Below are positions 1 to 6,712 of a stretch of 64,000 nt of DNA, piece after piece (position 1 is the stretch's first letter; each line of letters starts with the position of its first letter). The notes under the pieces were generated by a model. The model saw only the letters and a list, made by a program, of their open reading frames with translations. It ran no database searches and was not told the DNA's origin. A program made the position numbers and the translations under genes. Origin of the DNA: an uncultured Clostridia bacterium (GTDB lineage: Bacteria; Bacillota; Clostridia; Oscillospirales; CAG-382); assembly GCA_947626805.1 (NCBI GenBank), contig CANQTR010000002.1, positions 1,733 through 65,732 on the forward strand. The letters run 5' to 3'.

Positions 1-2018
1 CGGGGAGGCTCACGCTGTTCGTCTGCCTGCTCGGTTGTTTCCTCGCGTTGTGCGCGGCGGAGAAACGCGGAAAAGGCAGAACGGGTAGGGCGAAACTTCG
101 CGAACTGCTTTCGTCCGCAAAAGCGGAAAAACCGGCGAAAAATCTGTATCGAATGGGTTTCGCGTCGACCGCCGCGCTGCTCACGGCGGTCGGGAGCCTG
201 TTCCGCGCGGACACCCCGGCGCAAATCGTCATGACGGCGGGGCTTTCGGTCTGTATTCCCGCGTTCTGCTGGCTGTTCTGTCAGTTTTTACAGCAGGGGC
301 GGTTCTATGATTTGTCCCTGCTCGGCTGTGCGTTCGCGCTCACGCAAGTGTTGCGGCCGTTTTCCGTGTTCGGCGCGCCGCTTGCCCTGCCGGTCGGCGC
401 GGTGTTCACGCTCTGTATGTCGCGGAACAAAGGGTTCGCGCTCGGTTGCGTGACGGGTCTGCTTTGCGGACTGACCGCGGGCGGTGCGGCGGCGGGCGCG
501 CTCGGTGTGGTCGGCATCACCTACGGTCTGCTCGCGCCCGGCTCGGAATTTCTGGCGCTGTTGCTTGCGTACATGATTTCGGTCTCCGGCTACTGGTACC
601 TCGCCGACAGCGCGACGGTGCTCCCGGCGGCGGTGCTTTTGCTGACGGCTTGCGCGGGCTTTCTGCCGTTGCAGAAGTACGTCCCGAAGAAACTCCCGCC
701 CGCCGCGTCCCCGCTGAAAGTGAAGGACTTACGGCTGGAAAAGTACGCGGCGGCTTTTTCCTCGCTTTCCGGTCTGTTTTACACGGTCTCCGAAAACGCC
801 GCCCCGCAGAGCGTCGACAAAACCGTACAGGGGATTCAGACCGTCGTGCGGGCGTTCTGCCGCAATTGCGAGGGGTGCGACCTTGACGAAAGCGAGATAT
901 GCAACTGCTTTGTCGACGGAATGAGGGAGCAGGGCGTTATCCATATCCCCGACCTGCCGCTCCACATCACCCGCCGCTGTCCGAGTATCCGCGCCATGGC
1001 AAAGACGGTCAACAACCTGCCGACCTTGCGCGAAAAGGAGAGCGAAAAGGGGATACGCCGTATGGCGGCGGAGTACGCGAACCTTTCCTCGCTGCTTGAC
1101 GCCGCCGCGCGTCGGGAGGAGGCGTCGCGGACGAACGACAAGGCGGCCGCCGTGAAGGTGCGGGATTCCTTGCGGGAGATGAAGATTCCGTGCGACGGGG
1201 TCCGCGTGACCGGGACGCGCTTGCGGACCGTCGAGGTGTTCGGGGTGCGTTTGAGCGAGGTTTCCGCCTCCGCCGCCCGCATTTCCGCGACGCTGTCGGA
1301 ACGGGTCGGGACGAACCTGTCCGAGCCGGAATTCCTGCTCGGCGGGGAGTATGCGGTCATGAAACTGACTTCCGCGCCCCGCCTTCGCGTGGAGTACGCC
1401 AAATGCACGGCCTCAAAGATGGGCGAAAAGGTCAGCGGGGACACGGTATCCTTCTTTGAAACGGAGGACGGTTACTTCTACTGCCTGCTGTCGGACGGAA
1501 TGGGGTCCGGGCGGGACGCCGCTCTTAGTTCCCGGCTTGCGGCAATCATGCTCGAGAAACTGCTGACCGTCGGGGCGGACAAGACCGACGCGTTGCAGAT
1601 GGTCAATAAGGCGTTGCAGCAGAAGGAAAAGGAAGTCTTTGCCACGATTGACCTGCTCGAAATCGACCGCTACACCTGCACCGCAACGCTCATCAAAGCG
1701 GGCGCCGCGCCGACGCTTTTGTTCCGCGACGGCGTCTGCCGGCGATTCGAATCCAAGACGCCGCCCGCCGGCATCATGCGCGACATCATCGCCGAGAAAC
1801 GGACCTTCCGCGTCCGCAAGGGGGATATGCTTTTGATTTTATCGGACGGGGTTCTTCAGGTCGGCGATTCCTCCGGCGCGCTCCGCGCCGGGGCGAACCG
1901 GCTACCTATGGCGTCCGCCGGCAACGCGCACGCCGTCGCGTCGGCGGTGCTGACCGCCGCCCGCACGCAATCCGCTTGCGCGGACGATATGTCCGTGTGC
2001 GCCGTGCGGCTGTACTGA
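1..2018 (+). CDS. spoIIE: Stage II sporulation protein E (polytopic membrane domain + PP2C phosphatase), 5' end truncated by the window edge
   Basis: The frame is open from nt 3; hydrophobic GRLTLFVCLLGCFLAL precedes the tracked TTG at 48. A long N-terminal multi-TM region is followed by a C-terminal PP2C block (GDTVSFFETEDGYFYCLLSDGMGSGRDAA ... MLLILSDGV). A terminator follows. Confidence 0.9.
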   Translation, partial: GRLTLFVCLLGCFLALCAAEKRGKGRTGRAKLRELLSSAKAEKPAKNLYRMGFASTAALLTAVGSLFRADTPAQIVMTAGLSVCIPAFCWLFCQFLQQGRFYDLSLLGCAFALTQVLRPFSVFGAPLALPVGAVFTLCMSRNKGFALGCVTGLLCGLTAGGAAAGALGVVGITYGLLAPGSEFLALLLAYMISVSGYWYLADSATVLPAAVLLLTACAGFLPLQKYVPKKLPPAASPLKVKDLRLEKYAAAFSSLSGLFYTVSENAAPQSVDKTVQGIQTVVRAFCRNCEGCDLDESEICNCFVDGMREQGVIHIPDLPLHITRRCPSIRAMAKTVNNLPTLREKESEKGIRRMAAEYANLSSLLDAAARREEASRTNDKAAAVKVRDSLREMKIPCDGVRVTGTRLRTVEVFGVRLSEVSASAARISATLSERVGTNLSEPEFLLGGEYAVMKLTSAPRLRVEYAKCTASKMGEKVSGDTVSFFETEDGYFYCLLSDGMGSGRDAALSSRLAAIMLEKLLTVGADKTDALQMVNKALQQKEKEVFATIDLLEIDRYTCTATLIKAGAAPTLLFRDGVCRRFESKTPPAGIMRDIIAEKRTFRVRKGDMLLILSDGVLQVGDSSGALRAGANRLPMASAGNAHAVASAVLTAARTQSACADDMSVCAVRLY

Positions 2019-2032
2019 AAACGCAAACGAAA

Positions 2033-2062
2033 AAAGCCGCGGGCGGTCCGCGGTTTTTTCGC
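2033..2062 (+). terminator. Rho-independent terminator after spoIIE
   Basis: aaaaaGCCGCGGgcggtCCGCGGtttttt: GC stem followed by a T-run, 15 nt after the stop codon. Confidence 0.8.
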
Positions 2063-2134
2063 GATACCCCTTGCAATACGCGGAAAAGTGTGCTACAATG
2101 CAGTTGCAAAACGCAAAAAAGGAGCGTAGAAAAG

Positions 2135-3073
2135 ATGTACAGAATCGGGACCGTCAATATCGACACGTCGCACGCGCCGTCCTTCGCGGAAATCCTCCTG
2201 CAGGGGGACGTCGCCCGCTATACCGCCATTTACAACGACGGTTTCCGCACGGACGAGGAAGTCGACGCTTTCCTGGAAAAATTCCGCCTCGAAAAGCGTT
2301 ACACCGACCTTGCGGAGATGGCGAAACACGTTGACATCGCGTTTATCCAAAGTTGCAACTGGGACCGTCATATCGAACTGGCAAAGCCTTTCCTCGACGC
2401 GGGCGTACCGGTGTTTATCGACAAGCCCATCGTCGGCAATTTGCGGGACTGCAAAACGCTTGAGGCGCTTGCGGCGAGCGGAAAGGTCATTCTCGGCACT
2501 TCCGCGATGCGCTATACTTACGAGCGCGACAGCTTCTTCGCCGTTCCCGCCGAGGAACGCGGGCAAATCCTGCACGTTTCGACGATGGTCGGCGTGGACG
2601 AATTCAACTACGCCATTCATTCCGTCGAATCCATTCTCGGTTTCCTGCAGGGGGATACGGCGGTTTCCTGCCGGTTTATCGGGACCGGGCTCGTCGGGGA
2701 CGTTCCGACGGACTCCTATTTCGTTCGTTTCGCCTCCGGCGCGACCGCGTGCTACCACATCTGCCTGAAGGGCTGGCAACCGTCTACGGCGCTGGTCATG
2801 ACGAACAAGACCAGTTTCGCCTATAAACTCGACGTCAACAAGCTGTACGAGGCGATGCTCAAGCACGTTTGCGCGTGGCTGGAAGGCAAGCCGAACGACC
2901 TCGTTTCCGTCCCGGAAATGACGATGGGCGTGAAAATCATGCTCGCCGGGAAGCAGTCGAAGGCGACGGGCGGCGGGGAAGTGGCGCTTGCGGATTTGCG
3001 CGAGGACGACCCCGGTTTCGACGGGTACGCGTTCGAGCGGTTCTACGCTGACCAGCAACGGCCGAAAAAATAA
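2135..3073 (+). CDS. Gfo/Idh/MocA-like oxidoreductase-fold protein (atypical N-terminus)
   Basis: ATG at 2135 is preceded by aaaggag (2118-2124). Overall resemblance is MYRIGTVNIDTSHAPSF ... FIDKPIV ... ILGTSAMRY. A classical GxGxxG motif is not evident, so the family assignment is tentative. Confidence 0.5.
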   Translation: MYRIGTVNIDTSHAPSFAEILLQGDVARYTAIYNDGFRTDEEVDAFLEKFRLEKRYTDLAEMAKHVDIAFIQSCNWDRHIELAKPFLDAGVPVFIDKPIVGNLRDCKTLEALAASGKVILGTSAMRYTYERDSFFAVPAEERGQILHVSTMVGVDEFNYAIHSVESILGFLQGDTAVSCRFIGTGLVGDVPTDSYFVRFASGATACYHICLKGWQPSTALVMTNKTSFAYKLDVNKLYEAMLKHVCAWLEGKPNDLVSVPEMTMGVKIMLAGKQSKATGGGEVALADLREDDPGFDGYAFERFYADQQRPKK

Positions 3074-3115
3074 CCGAATTTTCCTGTTTTTGCCGCAAAA
3101 AACGGCGAAAACGGG

Positions 3116-3144
3116 GTTGACATTTTTTCGCACCGGGGGTATAC
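3116..3144 (+). promoter_or_regulatory. Sigma-A-type promoter (TTGACA-17-TATACT)
   Basis: ttgaca 3116-3121, 17-nt spacer, tatact 3139-3144, about 60 nt upstream of the phosphodiesterase start. Confidence 0.6.
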
Positions 3145-3203
3145 TGGGTGCGAAGAACCGGGCGACCGGTATCAATCCAATTCCGTAAGGAGTGCATAGC
3201 AAA

Positions 3204-3929
3204 ATGATGGATACGATTAAAATCCCCGACCATGGCAAGACCAAAATCGTCGCGCACCGCGGTCTTTCCGGCATCGAGCGGGAGAACACCTGCTCCGCTT
3301 TCGTCGCGGCGGGCAACCGTAGTTATTTCGGTATCGAAACGGACGTCCGCAAGACCAGCGACGGGCATTTCGTGCTCTGCCATGACGACGACACCGCCCG
3401 CAACTGCATTGACAAGTTGGTCCCGGAGGTGTCTACGTTCCAGTCCTTGCGCCGCTTGCAGTATAAGGACAAGGACGAAACCTTCGACCGGGGCGACCTG
3501 ATGATGCCGACCCTGCAGGAGTACGTCAAAATCTGCAAGCGCTACGGCAAAGTCGGCGTGCTGGAATTCAAGGGCAGTTACACCGTGGAACAGGCGAAGG
3601 AGGTGCTGGACATCATTCGTTCTTTCGAATACGAAAACAGCATCATCTTCATTTCCTTCTCGCTCGATAACCTGCTCAACTTGCGAAAGGTCTGGCCGGA
3701 GGCGAACGCCCAGTGGCTGACTTGCGACGTCAACCCGGAAACCGTCCAAAAACTGGTGGACAACAAAATCGACCTCGACGCGCTCTTCACCTGTCTGACG
3801 AAAGAAGCCGTCGACGACCTGCACGCGAAGGGAATCGTCGTTAACTGCTGGACGGTCGACCGTCTGGAGGACGCGCAGAACCTCATCGCCATGGGCGTCG
3901 ACCAAATCACCTCGAATATCCTTGAGTGA
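3204..3929 (+). CDS. Glycerophosphodiester phosphodiesterase family protein
   Basis: Contains HRGLSGIERENTCSAFVAAGNRSYFGIETDVRKTSDGHFVLCHDDD (GDPD signature). aaggag at 3187-3192 favours the ATG at 3204 over the tracked GTG at 3192. Confidence 0.85.
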   Translation: MMDTIKIPDHGKTKIVAHRGLSGIERENTCSAFVAAGNRSYFGIETDVRKTSDGHFVLCHDDDTARNCIDKLVPEVSTFQSLRRLQYKDKDETFDRGDLMMPTLQEYVKICKRYGKVGVLEFKGSYTVEQAKEVLDIIRSFEYENSIIFISFSLDNLLNLRKVWPEANAQWLTCDVNPETVQKLVDNKIDLDALFTCLTKEAVDDLHAKGIVVNCWTVDRLEDAQNLIAMGVDQITSNILE

Positions 3930-3946
3930 CTTTTCCGCGTTTTCGC

Positions 3947-3980
3947 AAGGCAAGTCCCGCGATATGGGGCTTGCCTTTTT
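3947..3980 (+). terminator. Rho-independent terminator
   Basis: AAGGCAAGtCCCgcgatatGGGgCTTGCCTTttt directly after the stop codon. Confidence 0.75.
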
Positions 3981-4041
3981 GCGCGGACCGTGTTTTGCGC
4001 GAAACTTTTTCGGGCAAGCGGGAAATTTTGCGAAAAATCTC

Positions 4042-4070
4042 TTTACTTTTTCGACGATACGTTGTATAAT
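4042..4070 (+). promoter_or_regulatory. Sigma-A-type promoter (TTTACT-17-TATAAT) of the pduL operon
   Basis: tttact 4042-4047, 17-nt spacer, tataat 4065-4070, 34 nt before the pduL ATG. Confidence 0.55.
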
Positions 4071-4103
4071 TAAGGGAGAGTCAAAAGGAAGGTAGGGTTT
4101 TGT

Positions 4104-4673
4104 ATGAAAAAAATCATCGTGGAAACCTCCGCGAGACACGTCCACCTGACGCAGGAAGATTTGGAAGTCCTGCTCGGTCCGGGCAAGGAACTGACCGTCA
4201 AGAAGATGCTTTCCCAGCCGGGGCAGTTCGCGAGCAACGAACGGGTCAACCTCGTCGGTCCGAAAAAGTCCATCAACAACGTCCTGATTCTCGGTCCGGT
4301 GCGCAAGGAAACGCAGGTCGAAATTTCGCTCACCGACGCCCGCACGCTCGGCGTCACGGCGCCGATTCGCGAATCCGGCGACCTCGCCGGCACGGAAGGC
4401 ATTAAAATCGTCGGTCCGGCGGGCGAATTGGAAATCGACCACGGCGTTATCGCCGCGAAACGCCATTTGCACCTCGATACGGCGACGGCGGAGGAAATGG
4501 GTCTGCAGGACAAGCAGGTGGTTTCGGTCAAGGTCGACGGCGAACGCGGTCTGACCTTCGGCGAGGTCGTCGTCCGCGTCAGCGATAAGTACGCGCCGGC
4601 GGTCCACCTCGACACGGACGAAGCGAACGCGGCCGGGTTGTCCGGCGAGGTGTTCGGCGAAATTATCCCGTAA
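4104..4673 (+). CDS. pduL: Phosphate propanoyl/acyl-transferase PduL
   Basis: Contains ETSARHVHLTQEDLEVLLG ... QPGQFASNERVNLVGPK ... ILGPVRKETQVEISLTDARTLG ... AAKRHLHL ... HLDTDEANAAG, the duplicated PduL-domain pattern. Confidence 0.85.
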   Translation: MKKIIVETSARHVHLTQEDLEVLLGPGKELTVKKMLSQPGQFASNERVNLVGPKKSINNVLILGPVRKETQVEISLTDARTLGVTAPIRESGDLAGTEGIKIVGPAGELEIDHGVIAAKRHLHLDTATAEEMGLQDKQVVSVKVDGERGLTFGEVVVRVSDKYAPAVHLDTDEANAAGLSGEVFGEIIP

Positions 4674-4710
4674 AAAGAAAATGATATACGATTCCGAAAG
4701 GAGAAAGAAA

Positions 4711-5406
4711 ATGTTACAGTATTCCAGCGAAGTTGAACGGATGTGTCCAATCGCCAAAGGTCCGAAACACGGGCCGGCCCCCATCCCGGAGGAGGGACAA
4801 TGGGTCAAGGCGTATGAAATCAAGGACATTTCCGGCTTTACGCACGGTATCGGCTGGTGCGCTCCGCAGCAGGGCTGTTGCAAACTGTCCCTGAACATCA
4901 AGGAGGGTATCATCGAGGAGGCGCTCGTCGAGACAATCGGTTGCTCCGGCATGACCCATTCGGCGGCGATGGCGGCGGAAATCCTGCAGGGCAAGACCAT
5001 TCTCGAAGCGCTCAATACCGACCTCGTTTGCGACGCTATCAACGTCGCGATGCGCGAACTGTTCCTGCAAATCGTTTACGGTCGTTCCCAGACCGCTTTC
5101 TCGGAGAACGGTCTGCCGGTCGGCACCTCGCTCGACGACCTCGGCAAAGGACTTCGTTCGCAGGTCGGCACGATTTTCGCGACCAACGCGAAGGGTGTCC
5201 GCTACCTCGAAATGGCAGAAGGGTATATCCTCAACCTCGCCGTCGATAAGGACGACCAGGTCATCGGCTATAAGTTCGTTCACCTCGGCAAGATGATGGA
5301 GGCTATCCGCAACGGTGTCGCGCCGGCGGAAGCGTACGAAAAGAACGTCAAAACCTACGGCCGGTATGACGAAGCAGTCAAGTATATCGACCCGAGAAAG
5401 GAATAA
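4711..5406 (+). CDS. IscU/NifU-N-like Fe-S scaffold-type protein (extended, about 230 aa)
   Basis: ATG at 4711 after aaaggag. Cys pattern CPIAKG, GWCAPQQGCC and ETIGCSGMTHSAAMAAEILQGKTILEA resembles the IscU core. Confidence 0.65.
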   Translation: MLQYSSEVERMCPIAKGPKHGPAPIPEEGQWVKAYEIKDISGFTHGIGWCAPQQGCCKLSLNIKEGIIEEALVETIGCSGMTHSAAMAAEILQGKTILEALNTDLVCDAINVAMRELFLQIVYGRSQTAFSENGLPVGTSLDDLGKGLRSQVGTIFATNAKGVRYLEMAEGYILNLAVDKDDQVIGYKFVHLGKMMEAIRNGVAPAEAYEKNVKTYGRYDEAVKYIDPRKE

Positions 5407-5421
5407 GGAGGCGAACGGAAC

Positions 5422-6423
5422 ATGGCAACATTTGAAGGATACGAAAGACGGATTGAGAAAATCAACGCCTGTCTGAAAGAATACGGACTTTCCTCTCTGG
5501 AGGAGGCCAAGGCGCTGTGCGACGAAAAGGGCGTCGACGCGGACGGCATCGTTCGCGGGGTACAGCCGATTTGTTTCGAGAACGCGGTCTGGGCGTATAC
5601 GCTCGGCTGTGCGGTCGCAATCAAGAAGGGTTGCAAGAGCGCTTCCGACGCGGCGGAGGCCATCGGTATCGGCTTGCAGGCGTTCTGCATTCCCGGTTCC
5701 GTCGCGGAAACGCGAAAGGTCGGGCTCGGACACGGCAACCTCGGCGCGATGCTGTTGCGCGAGGAAACCAAGTGTTTCGCGTTCCTCGCGGGGCATGAGT
5801 CCTTTGCCGCCGCGGAAGGCGCTATCGGTATTGCCCGCACGGCGAATAAGGTCCGCAAGGAGCCGTTGCGGGTCATTCTCAACGGTCTCGGCAAGGACGC
5901 GGCGATGATTATTTCCCGTATCAACGGGTTCACCTACGTCCAGACGGATTACGATTTCAAGTCCGGGGAACTGACCATCGTGCGCGAAATTGCCTATTCC
6001 GACGGCGAAAAGGCGAAGGTCCGTTGCTACGGCGCGAACGACCCGATTGAGGGCGTCGCAATCATGTGGCATGAGGGCGTGGATGTTTCCATCACCGGCA
6101 ACTCCACCAACCCGACCCGTTTCCAGCACCTCGTCGCCGGCACTTACAAGAAGGAATGCGTCGAGAAGGGCAAGAAGTACTTCTCCGTCGCGTCCGGCGG
6201 CGGCACGGGGCGTACGCTTCACCCGGACAACGTCGCGGCGGGTCCCGCGTCCTACGGTCTGACCGATTCGATGGGCCGTATGCACAGCGACGCGCAGTTC
6301 GCGGGTTCTTCGTCCGTCCCGGCGCACGTCGAGATGATGGGCCTGATCGGCATGGGCAACAACCCGATGGTCGGCGCGACCGTCGCTTGCGCCGTCGCGG
6401 TCGAAGAAGCGATGAAAAAGTAA
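5422..6423 (+). CDS. GGGtGRT family protein (function unknown)
   Basis: Literal motif SGGGTGRTLHP at aa 258-268 (GGGTGRT = nt 6196-6216). Size (333 aa) and pairing with an IscU-like neighbour are typical of this family as I recall it. Confidence 0.8.
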   Translation: MATFEGYERRIEKINACLKEYGLSSLEEAKALCDEKGVDADGIVRGVQPICFENAVWAYTLGCAVAIKKGCKSASDAAEAIGIGLQAFCIPGSVAETRKVGLGHGNLGAMLLREETKCFAFLAGHESFAAAEGAIGIARTANKVRKEPLRVILNGLGKDAAMIISRINGFTYVQTDYDFKSGELTIVREIAYSDGEKAKVRCYGANDPIEGVAIMWHEGVDVSITGNSTNPTRFQHLVAGTYKKECVEKGKKYFSVASGGGTGRTLHPDNVAAGPASYGLTDSMGRMHSDAQFAGSSSVPAHVEMMGLIGMGNNPMVGATVACAVAVEEAMKK

Positions 6424-6443
6424 GGAATAGCAAGGCTTTTCAA

Positions 6444-6476
6444 GGGTTTCCGGGTTCTCCCGGAAACCCATTTTTT
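6444..6476 (+). terminator. Rho-independent terminator of the pduL operon
   Basis: GGGTTTCCGGGttctCCCGGAAACCCatttttt. Confidence 0.85.
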
Positions 6477-6540
6477 GTATGCGTCAGGGATTTGCATTTA
6501 GGTAAAATTCAGAAAAATCGAAAAATGTTTCAAAAACCCC

Positions 6541-6569
6541 TTGACAGAGGAGGTATATTATGATATACT
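6541..6569 (+). promoter_or_regulatory. Sigma-A-type promoter (TTGACA-17-TATACT) with overlapping 6-bp inverted repeat
   Basis: ttgaca 6541-6546, tatact 6564-6569. The inverted repeat GTATAT-tatg-ATATAC (6553-6568) overlaps the -10 box. Confidence 0.6.
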
Positions 6570-6616
6570 CACCTCATAGGAATAATGAACAATACTAATT
6601 CAAACGAGGTGACAAA

Positions 6617-6712
6617 ATGCAAACGTCGAGGGAATCGCAAAGGCATGAATTTCTCCGGAAAAGCATATCCGGCAAAAGAACGTCAACGATGACGGGGAGG
6701 GAATCGAGATGA
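6617..6712 (+). CDS. Possible 31-codon ORF translationally coupled (ATGA) to the M56 gene
   Basis: gaggtg RBS 7 nt upstream. Encodes MQTSRESQRHEFLRKSISGKRTSTMTGRESR; its stop overlaps the M56 ATG. I recognise no family, and it may be non-coding leader. Confidence 0.2.
   Translation: MQTSRESQRHEFLRKSISGKRTSTMTGRESR

Noticed and set aside
2937-5042. 701-aa minus-strand ORF. Similar long antisense ORFs occur at 4714-6471, 10145-12463, 12786-14951, 15180-16700, 20708-22411, 22438-23844, 23783-25228, 30762-32441, 32417-34036, 54887-56356 (upstream part) and 57070-58260.
   Set aside because: All overlap confidently identified genes on the opposite strand or cross several genes and terminators. 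They have Arg/Pro/Gly-biased composition and no recognisable domains. I treat them as shadow ORFs of a GC-rich genome.
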